This document shows, piece by piece, positions 49,317 through 59,799 of a stretch of DNA of 64,000 nt. The notes below the pieces were generated by a model. The model had not been told where the DNA came from. It saw only the letters and a program-made list of their open reading frames with translations, and did not search any database. Within the stretch, counting starts at the first letter, position 1; each line of letters begins with the position of its first letter. Source of the stretch: Candidatus Eiseniibacteriota bacterium (GTDB lineage Bacteria; Eisenbacteria; RBG-16-71-46; CAIMUX01; VGJL01); contig JBHGAY010000008.1 of assembly GCA_041946735.1 (NCBI GenBank), positions 32,001-96,000 on the forward strand, read 5' to 3'. Both the position numbers and the translations under genes were made by a program.

Positions 49317-49545
49317 GGTAGCCGCAGCCGCCCCGCCGTCCGCCGCGCCCGCCGCGCCCGCCGCGCCGGTTATACATTGCGTCCCATCGCGTCTCTGAAG
49401 AGACATTGCCGCACATGTTCGAACTGTCATCCTCCCGAGTTTTCGTCTTGAACGTCCAACATCCCGGTCGGTTACGATGAGGATGTGAACCGCGCGAAGA
49501 GCGAAAGCGCATGTGAACGCGACCGTAACGGAGGTGACGACGAAT

Positions 49546-50439
49546 ATGACGAACAGACGCAGCGAGGCCCCGCTCGCGCTCGTGACGGGCATTTCGGGGG
49601 TGCAAGGAGCCGCTGCCGCGCGATGGCTGCTGGCCGAGGGTTTCCGGGTGCGCGGATGGACGGCCTTACCGGACTCCGACGTGACGCGATCGCTCCACGC
49701 TCTCGGTTGCGACATCCTCACCGGTCCTCTGGATACGCCGGAGCGCGCGGGCGCGGCGATGGCCGGAGCGCGGGCGGTCGTGAGCTGGCAGGAGTACGAC
49801 GTGCTTGGGGTCGACAGGGAAGTCGATCAAGGCCGATCCCTCGCGGCCGCGGCGGCGGGCGCAGGCGTCGAAATGCTCGTCTACATCTCGACTGCGAACG
49901 CGCGTCTCCGCACCGGCCTGCTCCGCTTCGACGTGAAGGAGAGGATCGAAGAGCAGGTGCGCGCATCCGGCGTCCCTTACTCGATCCTTCGTCCCGCCTT
50001 TCCAATGCAGGAGCTGGAACGCTACGGAGAGGAGATCGAGCGGCGCGGGGGGCGGCTGGAGCTGCCCGTCGGTCCCGAGGTTCCGCTGGAACTGATCGAT
50101 CTCGATGATGTCGCCGCGATCGCTTCCAGGGCGGCAAGCGATCCGGAATCGTTCGCCGGGCGCGAGATCGATCTCGCGAGCGAGGAACGGACGATGATCG
50201 AGATCGCGGAAGCCTTCGGCCGGGCGCTCGGCCGCGCGGTCCGCTACGAGGCGATCCCGTGGAGCCTCTTCCGGGAGAGGCGGGGTTCCGAGATGACGGC
50301 GGTCTATCGCTGGCTCAACAACGTCGGGTACGAGGTCGTCCTAAACGAGGTGCGCAGGCAGTTCCCGGGACTGCGGACGCTCGAGGAGTTCCTGCTCGAG
50401 CAGCACCATCGCGAGCGCCTCGGAGCGGGAGCGGCGTAA
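49546..50439 (+). CDS. NmrA/HSCARG-like atypical SDR protein
   Basis: LVTGISGVQG, E..QG....AA...GV, F..K..IE, ILRPAF, IDLDDVA. ATG after GGAGGTG. Confidence 0.88.
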   Translation: MTNRRSEAPLALVTGISGVQGAAAARWLLAEGFRVRGWTALPDSDVTRSLHALGCDILTGPLDTPERAGAAMAGARAVVSWQEYDVLGVDREVDQGRSLAAAAAGAGVEMLVYISTANARLRTGLLRFDVKERIEEQVRASGVPYSILRPAFPMQELERYGEEIERRGGRLELPVGPEVPLELIDLDDVAAIASRAASDPESFAGREIDLASEERTMIEIAEAFGRALGRAVRYEAIPWSLFRERRGSEMTAVYRWLNNVGYEVVLNEVRRQFPGLRTLEEFLLEQHHRERLGAGAA

Positions 50440-50490
50440 CAAGCGGGCCGCAGGCGGCCGGAGCGATGCGGTCGCCTGCCGTCCGTCCCG

Positions 50491-51255
50491 TCAGGGACCG
50501 TGCCGGGCAGCCAGCGGCCCGCTTGGACCGCTCCCCCCGCCTTGCTGTCCGGACGGCCGGCGCCGCGCGGCAGCCGCCGCGATGATCCTCTTGCGCCTCC
50601 GCTCCCGCAGGAAGCCGGCCGCCCGCACGAGCATCAGGAAGGCGAGGATCGCCAGGAATCTCTCCGGCGTTCGCCGATCCGCCTTCACCCGCCAGAGGAA
50701 GTGGATCACCCCGAGCGCCGCGACGCCGTAGATGAGGCGGTGCAGGCGCTTCCAGCGAACGTACCCCATGCGGCGGACCGCCCGGTTCGTGCTCGTGATC
50801 GCGAGCGGCACCATCAAGAGCAACGCGACGAAACCGACGGCGATGAACTTCCGCTTCGTGATGTCTGCCACGATGTCGTCGAACGCGAAGAACTGATCCA
50901 GAGCGACGTAGACCGCGAAGTGCAGACAGGCGTAGGCGAAGGTGAACAGACCGAACATGCGGCGCAGGCGGAGGGGCCAGGTGATGCCGAGCGCAATCTT
51001 GGCCGGCGTGCAGGCGAGAGTGATCGTCAGCATCGTCAGGGTCCAGAATCCGAGCCGGTTGAGAATCTCGGCGATCGGGTCGGCGCCGAGCCCGCTCCCG
51101 AGGACCGCGTCGTAGCCGATCTTGCCGAGGGGAATCAGGGCGACCACGAACACGACGGGCTTGAGCCAGCGCCGCAACGCTGCGCGCGGGCGGGAGGGAC
51201 GGGCTCGGAGCGGGGCGCTCGCGCTAGAAGTTCTTCCGGAGGTCCATGCCTTCAT
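50491..51255 (-). CDS. msrQ: Methionine sulfoxide reductase heme-binding membrane subunit (start uncertain)
   Basis: [43 protein letters not shown]. Directly downstream of msrP. Confidence 0.92.
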   Translation of the reverse strand: MKAWTSGRTSSASAPLRARPSRPRAALRRWLKPVVFVVALIPLGKIGYDAVLGSGLGADPIAEILNRLGFWTLTMLTITLACTPAKIALGITWPLRLRRMFGLFTFAYACLHFAVYVALDQFFAFDDIVADITKRKFIAVGFVALLLMVPLAITSTNRAVRRMGYVRWKRLHRLIYGVAALGVIHFLWRVKADRRTPERFLAILAFLMLVRAAGFLRERRRKRIIAAAAARRRPSGQQGGGSGPSGPLAARHGP

Positions 51256-52186
51256 AGAGCGAGGCCACCAGATCACCGTATCCATTGAACGGCATTGTGG
51301 GCCGCTTGCGAAGCTCGCCGATCCGCCGCTCCTTCGCCTGACTCCAGCGGGGATGATCGACGTCGGGATTCACGTTCGCGTAGAAGCCGTACTCGTTCGG
51401 CGCCGAGATGTTCCATGTGGTCGATGGCTGCTGCTCGGTGAAACCGATCGAGACGATCGACTTGATCCCCTTGAATCCGTACTTCCAGGGGACGACGAGA
51501 CGGATCGGCGCCCCGTTCTGCTTGGGGAGGGCGCGGCCGTAGAGCCCGACGGCGAGGATCGTGAGCGGATGCAGCGCCTCGTCCATGCGAAGCCCCTCCC
51601 GATAGGGCCACTCGAGGACGGCGCGCTTCTGCCCGGGCATCTCCTCCGGACGCAGCAGCGAGGTGAAGGCGACGAACTTCGCCCGCGGATCGGGCTCGGC
51701 CCAGCGGATCAGATCGCCGAGAGGGAATCCGACCCAGGGGATGACCATCGACCACGCTTCGACGCAGCGCATCCGGTACACGCGTTCCTCGAGCGGGAAG
51801 CGGCCAAGGATCTCCTCGAGCGCGTGGGTCCCGGCCTTGCCCGCCATCCCTTCGATCGACAGGCTCCAGGGCTCCGTCGTGAGGGCGTGAGCGTTTCGCG
51901 AGGGGTCGGCCTTGTCCGTCCCGAACTCGTAGAAGTTGTTGTAGGTCGTCACGTCCTCGTACGGAGTCCGCTTCTCGCTCGTCCCGTACGGACCGGGCTG
52001 GACACCCGGTAGCGGTGTGCCCGGCGGCTCCTTTCCCCCGGCGGCTCCGCTCACGGCGGGAAGGAGGAGCGAGGCAACCGCAGCGGCGCCGGCCGAAGCG
52101 CCGAGCGCGAGGAATTGTCGCCTTCGCAGATAGAGCGAGAAGGGGGTCGCCTCGGAGGCGGGCAAGCTCAGCGGGTGGCGTTTCAT
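51224..52186 (-). CDS. msrP: Periplasmic molybdoenzyme methionine sulfoxide reductase, catalytic subunit (Tat signal)
   Basis: RRRQFL Tat motif, [50 protein letters not shown]. Confidence 0.96.
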   Translation of the reverse strand: MKRHPLSLPASEATPFSLYLRRRQFLALGASAGAAAVASLLLPAVSGAAGGKEPPGTPLPGVQPGPYGTSEKRTPYEDVTTYNNFYEFGTDKADPSRNAHALTTEPWSLSIEGMAGKAGTHALEEILGRFPLEERVYRMRCVEAWSMVIPWVGFPLGDLIRWAEPDPRAKFVAFTSLLRPEEMPGQKRAVLEWPYREGLRMDEALHPLTILAVGLYGRALPKQNGAPIRLVVPWKYGFKGIKSIVSIGFTEQQPSTTWNISAPNEYGFYANVNPDVDHPRWSQAKERRIGELRKRPTMPFNGYGDLVASLYEGMDLRKNF

Positions 52187-52475
52187 GACCCGCCAGTATG
52201 CCCCGGCCGTCCAGGGCCCCGCAACTCGTGGTCGGGGGCGGCGCAATCCCGTTTTCAAGCGAGCGCCGGGCCCGAACGGCCGATAGGATATCGAGCGGGG
52301 AGGGGGCCGGCCGGCACGGAGCCGAGCCTTTCGATCGGGTGCGGAACCGGAGTTCGCGCTTGCCGTTGCCGGCCGTACCCGGCATCCTCGTTCCCTGGCT
52401 GGAGCGGGCGGCCATCAGGGCCGGGTCGTCTCTGCCGCAGGTGCCGTAATTCGAAGGACCGGTACGCCGAGAAGC

Positions 52476-54062
52476 ATGGCGAAAAGAGCCCTCACCTCCC
52501 AGAGCCCGCCCCGCACGATCCCCGAGTGGGTCGTGTCTCCCTGGTTCTACCTCCTGCTCGCCATCGCCGCCGGGGTCGTGATCGCGCAGCTGCTCACGGG
52601 ACAGCTCGCTCCCCGCTGGATCAAGGCGTTGATCGGTCTGGTGTTCCTCTTCGGCCTCTTCCGCCTGCCGCTCTACGCGGTCGTGTCCCTCTTCCTGATC
52701 GCGTTCCCGTTTCCGACGTGGATCTTCGTCGGCAACACGAACATCGTGCTGATCGTGATGATGCTCGCCTTCTGGGGGGTGAAGGTCCGCCTCGGCAAGG
52801 AGCCGGCGCCGCCGAAGACCTACCTCGACTACGCGGCCTGGACCTACCTGCTGGTGCATCTGCTCTCGTTCTTGAACGTGGGGAACGCCTCCGACCTGCG
52901 CAACGGGATCTACCAGGTCAGCTTCCTGGGGTCTGCGGTCGGCCTGTATTGGCTCGTCTCGAAGACGATCCGCGACGAGCACGAGCTCGAGGTTGCGCTG
53001 AAGGCGTTCGTGTTCACCTCGCTCCTCGTTTCGATCACGGGCGTCATGGACTACTTCTACCCGGCGGTGCAGCTGATCCCGGACTCGTTCATCGCGGCCG
53101 GCCCTACCGGCAAGCGGTTCGCCGAGGGAGGACGCGTCGGTGGCGTGTTCCGCTTCCATGGGCTGCTCGCCGACTTTTGCGCGATCCTCTTCATCTTGCA
53201 GGCCTACCTGTTCGTGAGATCGCGCAGCTTGCTGGGGAAGGCGTTCTACGCCGCGCTGATGGCCGCCGGCGTCTTCCAGATCATCGTCACGGCGAACCGC
53301 GGCGGTTTCGTGATCTGGGTGATCGGCCTCCTCTACATGTTCTGGATCGGGCGTGCGGCGTTGACGACGCGAAGGGTGGTGATCGCCCTGCCGATCCTCT
53401 TCGTCGTCGGTTACGTCGCCGAGATCGCGACCGCGCGCTATGGGCGCGTCGTCACGCTCTTCGCCCGGCTCCTCACGACGCACTTCGAGAGCGGTATTCC
53501 GGACACCCGCGTGCAAGTGTGGACCAGCGTTCTCCGGGAGATTCCGGAGCATATCTGGATCGGCCATGGGCCGTTCTACGACATGACGAGGGCGGGCGCG
53601 GGCGTGCTCTCGCGCAACTGGCCGCACAGCGCCTACCTCTGGTATCTCTGGACCACGGGGATCGTCGGTCTTGCCGTATTCCTCTGGATCCTGTTCAAGG
53701 TGCTCTGGAAGAGCCGGCCGGGGAAGCTCCAGTTCGGGAAAGTCTCGTTCGCCCACGGAGCGATGGCTGTCGCGCACATCCAGATCGTCCAGTTCGCCCT
53801 CGCGCAGATCCGCGACGAGCACCAGCGCGGGAACGTCTATCCCTTCCTGATGTGGGCCCTGATCGGCTTCGCCGTCGCTGCGCGGCGCATCAAGGAGGAG
53901 CGTGAGGAGGCCGAGGCGGAAGGTCTCGAGGGAGCGCCGGCAGAGCTGCGAACGCCCGCGGCGGGCGGGCCGCGCGCTGGCGCAGTCTCCGCTCCGTCCT
54001 CCGCTCCATCCTCCACTCCGGTCGACGCCGGGCCGCGGCCGAGGAGCCTCTACAGGATCTGA
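52476..54062 (+). CDS. O-antigen ligase / polymerase (Wzy_C) family membrane protein
   Basis: About 12 TM segments, RVGGVF, TANRGG, R..VW......IGHG, PHSAYL....TGIVGL. Confidence 0.85.
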   Translation: MAKRALTSQSPPRTIPEWVVSPWFYLLLAIAAGVVIAQLLTGQLAPRWIKALIGLVFLFGLFRLPLYAVVSLFLIAFPFPTWIFVGNTNIVLIVMMLAFWGVKVRLGKEPAPPKTYLDYAAWTYLLVHLLSFLNVGNASDLRNGIYQVSFLGSAVGLYWLVSKTIRDEHELEVALKAFVFTSLLVSITGVMDYFYPAVQLIPDSFIAAGPTGKRFAEGGRVGGVFRFHGLLADFCAILFILQAYLFVRSRSLLGKAFYAALMAAGVFQIIVTANRGGFVIWVIGLLYMFWIGRAALTTRRVVIALPILFVVGYVAEIATARYGRVVTLFARLLTTHFESGIPDTRVQVWTSVLREIPEHIWIGHGPFYDMTRAGAGVLSRNWPHSAYLWYLWTTGIVGLAVFLWILFKVLWKSRPGKLQFGKVSFAHGAMAVAHIQIVQFALAQIRDEHQRGNVYPFLMWALIGFAVAARRIKEEREEAEAEGLEGAPAELRTPAAGGPRAGAVSAPSSAPSSTPVDAGPRPRSLYRI

Positions 54063-54619
54063 CGGCCTGCTCTATCGCCGGCCTGCTCCCCCGCCGATCT
54101 GCTCCCTCCGCAGCCCGATCGCTCTGACCGCCCACCTCCTGCCGAGCTCCTGCCCATCCTGCTGACGAGTTGCCGGACCAACCCAGTCCGAAGTCGCCGG
54201 ACAATATCCTTTTTGCATCACGAACTTTCGTGGAGCCTCTTCGTATTTCGTGACCGCTTCTTCATGTCTACTAGTTAATATCCGCGCCGGATAGGTGCGG
54301 GGACCTCGCAGCGTTGCGATCGGCGCCCCCTGAGACGCGCCGATCGCCGGACCTCCCGTCGCCCTCCCCTCGCCGGGTCTCTTCAGCCACTCGAACGCGC
54401 GGCCGCGTCGTGTTCGCTCCTCGGCCAAGGCAGGGCTGCCCCGCCGCGGGCGGCAGGGAGGTAGGGATGCGGTTTCCTGCCCGGTTCTTCCGTGTTTCGT
54501 TGGCGTCGTTCCACCCGAGACGGCCGAGAGGCGAGGACGAATTCGTTCCTCGACCCGCCGTCGTTTCCCTCGGCGTTCTCTTCGACCGGCCGCGTGAAAG
54601 GCCGCTGCCCTGCGCACCC

Positions 54620-56662
54620 ATGCGCCTCGTGCTCCCGTCCTTGCTCGCGCCGCTGATCTTCCTGGCGCCGCCCGTTCGCGCGGGCAATAGCGCTTCCGTG
54701 GCATCGCTGGACGCGCGCGCGACCGCGGAATGTGCAGGTCTTCGCCTGTTTCTCGAGGGCGACGATGATCACGACGCGACCGCGACCGTCGCGTACAGGC
54801 CGAGCGGAGGCGCGTGGCAGCCGGCCCAGCCGCTGCTGCGTCTCGATGCGAACGCGACCGGCAATCTCCTCGCCGGAAGCGTCTTCCGTCTCGAGGAAGC
54901 GACCGACTACGAGTTCCGCGTGACGTTCTCCGATCCCGACGGCGGCTCGGACGTCCGGACCGTTGAGGCCCGTACCCGCGCCGCGCCCCGCGATCCCGTG
55001 CAGCCGAGGACGCGGTACGTCGTGCCGGGTTCGGGCGGGGGGAGCGGGACGGCATCCGATCCGTTCCGGGGCTTCGCCGCGGCGAACGCCGCGGCCGTTC
55101 CTGGAGACGTCTTCATCGTGCGGGCCGGCACGTACACCGGCACCGCGATTCTGGATCATTCCGGCACCGAGGAGAACCCGATCGTCTGGCGGGGCGAGGA
55201 CCCCTCCGCGGTGATCCTCGACGGCCAACTGTCCGTCTACCCGCTGCTCGACCTTCCTGCGGTGCGGCACGTCCATGTGGAAGGGATGACGCTGCAGAAC
55301 CCGCGCCGCTACGCGGTTCGCGCGACGGCCACCGAAGGCCTCGTGCTTCGCGGCTGCACGATCCGCGTCCCCGACGTTGCCGGCCAGGAGATGGGCGGCA
55401 TCTGTCTGCTCGGCGCCGGTCACTCCGACGCCTGGATCAGCGACAACCGAGTTTTCGGCCCGATCGTCTGGGAGGACGGGCGGGGCGACGACGACTCCTA
55501 CGCGATCCGCCTGCAAGGGCGCGGCCACGTGCTGCGCAACAACGAAATCCGCGATTGGTGGGACGGGACGAACGTCGGTGTGGACGATCCCTCCGTCGAG
55601 ACCTCCGACTGCGACGTCTCGCATAACGAGATCCACAACTGCATCGACGACGGCATCGAGACCGATGGCTCCTTCCACAACATCCGCGTCTTCGAGAACC
55701 GGATCACCAACGTCTTGTGCGGACTGAGCGCGCAGCCGGTCTACGGCGGCCCGGTGTACATGGTCCGCAACGTCGTCTACGACTGGCAGCTGAAGCCGTT
55801 GAAGTTCCATCTCGACCCATCCGGGCTGATCGTCGTGAACAACACCTTCGTGGGAGCCGACCCTCGCGGATGGGGCGGCGGCGAGTGGTGCAACACCTTG
55901 GTCGAGAACAACCTCTTCCTCGGAGGCAGCCAAGGCGGGCAGACGGGGCAGCCGATCTGTCTCGACACGGCCGGCGATCGGGCGCGGATGAACAACAACG
56001 GCTGGCGCCAGGTCGATCCGCAGCGCTTCGCCTACTGGAACGGCTCGTTCTATCCCACGCTCCAGGAGTTCCGGGACGCGACCGGCCTCGAAACTTCCGC
56101 GCGCCTCGTCGATCTCGACGTCTTCGTCGACGCCGAGGAGCCGCCGCTGGGCTCGTACATGGGTCAGGACGGCTTCATCCCGCCCTACGATCCGGGTAGT
56201 CAGGACTTGCGCCTGACGCAGGGCTGCGCCGCGGTCGACGCGGGGATCTACTTCGCCAACCTCGGGGGAACCTACACCGGCTCCGCTCCGGATCTGGGGG
56301 CGTACGAGACGGGACAGCAGGTTCCACTCTACGGGCCGCGGCCGGAGGCGCCGGCCGTCGTCGCGGCGAGCGTGGCGCGCTCGCGTCCCTTCCTGCATCC
56401 CGCGCTGCCGAACCCGTTCCACGCGGAGACAGTGATTCGTTTCGATCTCCCGGCCGAGGATCGGGTCCATCTGGCGATCGTCGACGCGGTCGGACGGCGC
56501 GTCCGCGTGCTTCTCGACGAAGCTTGCGGAGCGGGAACCAGAACGGTCGCGTGGGACGGCCGGGACGAGCAGGGCCGGGCCGTCGCTCCTGGCTTCTATT
56601 TCGCCCGGGTCGATGCGGATCGAGCGGGGATCGTGACCCGCAAGATCCTCAAGATCCGCTGA
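54620..56662 (+). CDS. Secreted right-handed parallel beta-helix protein (pectin lyase-like fold) with FN3-like N-domain and FlgD/T9SS-like C-terminal domain
   Basis: GSGTASDPF..PGD...AGTY, HNEIHNCIDDGIETDG, repeated NN strands, APDLGAYE, LPNPF..WDGRDEQG..GFYF..TRKILKIR. Confidence 0.85.
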   Translation: MRLVLPSLLAPLIFLAPPVRAGNSASVASLDARATAECAGLRLFLEGDDDHDATATVAYRPSGGAWQPAQPLLRLDANATGNLLAGSVFRLEEATDYEFRVTFSDPDGGSDVRTVEARTRAAPRDPVQPRTRYVVPGSGGGSGTASDPFRGFAAANAAAVPGDVFIVRAGTYTGTAILDHSGTEENPIVWRGEDPSAVILDGQLSVYPLLDLPAVRHVHVEGMTLQNPRRYAVRATATEGLVLRGCTIRVPDVAGQEMGGICLLGAGHSDAWISDNRVFGPIVWEDGRGDDDSYAIRLQGRGHVLRNNEIRDWWDGTNVGVDDPSVETSDCDVSHNEIHNCIDDGIETDGSFHNIRVFENRITNVLCGLSAQPVYGGPVYMVRNVVYDWQLKPLKFHLDPSGLIVVNNTFVGADPRGWGGGEWCNTLVENNLFLGGSQGGQTGQPICLDTAGDRARMNNNGWRQVDPQRFAYWNGSFYPTLQEFRDATGLETSARLVDLDVFVDAEEPPLGSYMGQDGFIPPYDPGSQDLRLTQGCAAVDAGIYFANLGGTYTGSAPDLGAYETGQQVPLYGPRPEAPAVVAASVARSRPFLHPALPNPFHAETVIRFDLPAEDRVHLAIVDAVGRRVRVLLDEACGAGTRTVAWDGRDEQGRAVAPGFYFARVDADRAGIVTRKILKIR

Positions 56663-56791
56663 CCGAATCGGGATGGATGAGCCGCGGCCCGCGTGGTAGG
56701 CGGTTCGCGGCAACGACAGAGAGCAAAGGGACGGGCCGGAGGGCGGCCTCCGCCCGTCCCGATGGCCGCGGGCCCGTGGAACGCTACGACG

Positions 56792-59278
56792 TCAGCGCAA
56801 GAGCCGCAGCTTGACGCTCGCCGCCTCGCCGGCGAGTCTGCGCGTCCCGCTCGTCATTCGGGCGAGGTAGACGCCGCTCGGCGCCAGCTCGCCGGTCTCC
56901 ATGCGCCCATCCCACACGGCCTCACCGTTGCCGGAAGCGAGCATGCGCACGATTCTGCCTGCCGGGTCGACGATGGTGATCGTCGCTTCCTCCGTCCCCC
57001 GAGGCATGCGGAAGAGGATCCGCGGGGACGAGCCGGTCGCAGGATTGGGGAACGCGCGGAGCGACGAATCGTCCGAGCCGTTCCATGCCTCCTCGCCGAG
57101 ACCCGCCAGCGGCGGCAGCGCGCTGGTCCATGTCCCCGTGCTGGTGGAGAGGAGCACGCGTGGCTCGGAACCTCCGCTGTGCGCGAGACCGCGCGCGTAA
57201 CCGGAGCTGGCGAGGCCGGCGTTCCATGCCGAGAAGCTCGCTCCTCCGTTCGTCGACAGCATCACCTTCTCCGGGTCGGGCCGCGTGATCCACACGTTGT
57301 TCGCATCGTTCGGATCGCAGAGGACGCTCCAGACCGAGCCGGTGCCCGCGTATCCCGCGCTCGCCCAGCTGACGCCTCCGTTGGTCGTCTTGTACACGCC
57401 TCCGGCCCCGGCCGCATAGTTGCCGTCCGCGTAGTAGAGCGTCTGCGGATCGCCGCGGAGGACTGAAAGGCTCATCCCGCGCGCTCCCGGATGCAGGCCG
57501 GCGCTCGAATCGAACCAGTGAAGACCCCCGTCGGTCGTCCGGAGCGCTCCTCCGGTGTTCTGGCTGAAGTCGGCGAAGGCCGCGACGGCGATCTGGTCGG
57601 TCCCATCGTCGACGCGCTCGATGTCCTCGACAGTCTCCGACTCGATACTCTCGTACGCCTTCTTCCAGTTCGTCCCGCCGTCCGTGGTCAGCCAGACGGT
57701 CGCCTGGAAGCCGGCGACGCCGAAGTCAGCGCCTCCCGCTAGGATCGTGCCGGGCGCCTGGCGGCTGAAGCAGAGGCTCGTGAGGTCGGATTCGTAGAGG
57801 TCCCCCTGGTCGGGGCCGAGGCCCGTCCACGTGCCGTCCGGGTTGCGACGATACAGCCCCTCGGGAGCGACGCTGCTCGGTCCCGAAGAGATCGCGTAGA
57901 GCGTGCCATCGTAGGCGAAGCCCACGTGGCTATAGCGGGTGGGCGGGACCGCCTCGAGCCCCCAGCTCTCCCCGCCGTCGGTCGAGCGATAGACGCCGCC
58001 GTCGTTCTGGCCCTGGTACGCGATTGCGATCTCGAGGGGATCGACGGGGCTCGCGGCGACGGAATAGACATCGAGCGCCATGATCCCGTTCGAGGATGGC
58101 ACGAAGGTCGCGCCTCCATCCTCGCTCTGGTACACACCGAGAGAGCCCAAGCCGAGCAGGATCCGCGAGGCGCTCGCGGGGGCGAACCGAACCGAGCGGA
58201 CCGAGAACGACCCGCTTCCTCCGATCCCGAACGACCAGCTGACCCCGCCGTTCGTCGACCGGAAGACGCCGTCCCCGTCGGTGCCGGCGAGCAGGACGGA
58301 GGAGTTCGTGGGATCGATCTCGATGTCGCGCACGTAGAGGTTCGGCCATCCGCCGGACAGATCCGTCCAGCTCGCGCCGTTGTTCGTCGACGCGTAGAGC
58401 CCGACGTACTGCGATCCGAAGAGCATGCCGCCGCCGACCAGCACGCGGCTGCCGTCATGCACGACGTCCATCATCGGGTTGCCGGGAAGCCCCGCGGAGC
58501 GGTTGACCCAGCTCCCCCCGCCGTTCGTCGTCACCCACACGGCGCCGCCCCCGAAGCTGCCGCCGAAGCAGGCGTAGACCGAGTTGGAGTCGCCGGGGCG
58601 CACCGCGATGGAGCGGCACGCGAGCGGGGACATCGGGGGCGTCATGTTTGCCCAGCTCGTTCCGCCGTTCGTCGAGCGGATGACGTTGATCGGCTGGGCT
58701 CCCATCGCGTCGTCGACACCGGCCCAGATCGTGTTGGAATTGTTCGGATCGATGGTGACCTTGAAAATCACATCGTTCAGTCCGATGCCCAGCGCGAGCT
58801 GCGTCCAGTTCACCCCGGCGTTCGTGCTCTTCCAGATCCCATCGGTCGTCGCGGCGAAGACGGTCCCGGCCGGTGTGAACGCAATGCCATAGACGCTTTT
58901 CCCGGTGAGCGCCGAAACCGGGGACCAGTGGGCGCCGCCGTCGGTCGACCGGAACAGAAGCCCCGTGCCCCCGTCGGGCGCGAGTCCGGCGAGCGCCAGG
59001 TTGGGGTCGACCGGGGAGACGACCGCATCTTCGACGGTCCCCCCGAAGGGTCCGAGGGGGCCCCAGTCGGCCACGGGGGGATCTGTGCGCAGGTCGTCAC
59101 CAGGCAACCCGGGAGCCTCGATCCCGGGAGCGACCGCTTTCGCCCCCGTCCCGTCGATCCGGACCGAAGGATCTGCCGGATCCGGGAAGACGCGCTCGGG
59201 CGCCGGCGAGGCGAGCGAGGTGCTGGCGATCAGCAGGCAGAGGGCGAAGAGGGTGGTGGGAATGGAACGAACCCGCAT
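56792..59278 (-). CDS. Secreted BNR/Asp-box repeat double beta-propeller protein (VPS10/GH74-like) with FlgD/T9SS-like C-terminal domain
   Basis: Signal peptide, WGPLGPFGG, many S/T-x-D/N-G-G-x-x-W Asp boxes, AFPNP..DPAGR..WDGR..SGVY. Confidence 0.88.
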   Translation of the reverse strand: MRVRSIPTTLFALCLLIASTSLASPAPERVFPDPADPSVRIDGTGAKAVAPGIEAPGLPGDDLRTDPPVADWGPLGPFGGTVEDAVVSPVDPNLALAGLAPDGGTGLLFRSTDGGAHWSPVSALTGKSVYGIAFTPAGTVFAATTDGIWKSTNAGVNWTQLALGIGLNDVIFKVTIDPNNSNTIWAGVDDAMGAQPINVIRSTNGGTSWANMTPPMSPLACRSIAVRPGDSNSVYACFGGSFGGGAVWVTTNGGGSWVNRSAGLPGNPMMDVVHDGSRVLVGGGMLFGSQYVGLYASTNNGASWTDLSGGWPNLYVRDIEIDPTNSSVLLAGTDGDGVFRSTNGGVSWSFGIGGSGSFSVRSVRFAPASASRILLGLGSLGVYQSEDGGATFVPSSNGIMALDVYSVAASPVDPLEIAIAYQGQNDGGVYRSTDGGESWGLEAVPPTRYSHVGFAYDGTLYAISSGPSSVAPEGLYRRNPDGTWTGLGPDQGDLYESDLTSLCFSRQAPGTILAGGADFGVAGFQATVWLTTDGGTNWKKAYESIESETVEDIERVDDGTDQIAVAAFADFSQNTGGALRTTDGGLHWFDSSAGLHPGARGMSLSVLRGDPQTLYYADGNYAAGAGGVYKTTNGGVSWASAGYAGTGSVWSVLCDPNDANNVWITRPDPEKVMLSTNGGASFSAWNAGLASSGYARGLAHSGGSEPRVLLSTSTGTWTSALPPLAGLGEEAWNGSDDSSLRAFPNPATGSSPRILFRMPRGTEEATITIVDPAGRIVRMLASGNGEAVWDGRMETGELAPSGVYLARMTSGTRRLAGEAASVKLRLLR

Positions 59279-59423
59279 GGCTGTCTCCTCCTTGCGTGAG
59301 TTCCGGATGTCGTGACACCGCGCGCAATTCTAGGCCCGCCGGACGCGATGTCCAAGCGCAAGCCCCCGGGTCGATGCCCGACGTTCGTTGGAGGTATAGC
59401 TTGTGCCTTTCTGAACTTACCTA

Positions 59424-59452
59424 TTGACACCTCTTCTAGCGCTCTGGATACT
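59424..59452 (+). promoter_or_regulatory. Putative sigma70 promoter of the atp operon (TTGACA-N17-GATACT)
   Basis: Perfect -35 at 59424-59429, 17-nt spacer, -10-like GATACT at 59447-59452, in an AT-richer patch. Confidence 0.6.
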
Positions 59453-59538
59453 GACCCTCTTGTGGGGTGGCGGCGAGGGGCGTGCGGCCCAGACGTCAGG
59501 CCTCCCTCCTGTCCGCGAAGAATCAAAGAGAGAACCAA

Positions 59539-59790
59539 TTGCGGGACGGCCGGAAAGGACAGCGCGGGGACGACCCGCGCACCTACTACCGAAGCGTCCT
59601 CGCCCTGATGACGATTCCGTTCGTCCTCGGAGTCGCGCCGGTGATCGGCTGGTGGTTCGGGCGATGGGTCGATCGGAAGGCCGGCACGGACTGGGTGTTC
59701 CAGGCGATCGGCGTCGCCCTCGGTCTCGGCGCGGGAGTCCGCGAGACCATTCTCGTCATTCGGAAGGTGCAGCGGGATCTGGATCGCTGA
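59539..59790 (+). CDS. atpZ: AtpZ/AtpI-family (ATPase gene 1) small membrane protein
   Basis: IGWWFGRWVDRKAGTDWVF...GVALGLGAG motif. First gene of the atp operon, probable TTG start. Confidence 0.8.
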   Translation: MRDGRKGQRGDDPRTYYRSVLALMTIPFVLGVAPVIGWWFGRWVDRKAGTDWVFQAIGVALGLGAGVRETILVIRKVQRDLDR

Positions 59791-59799
59791 AGCGCGCAG

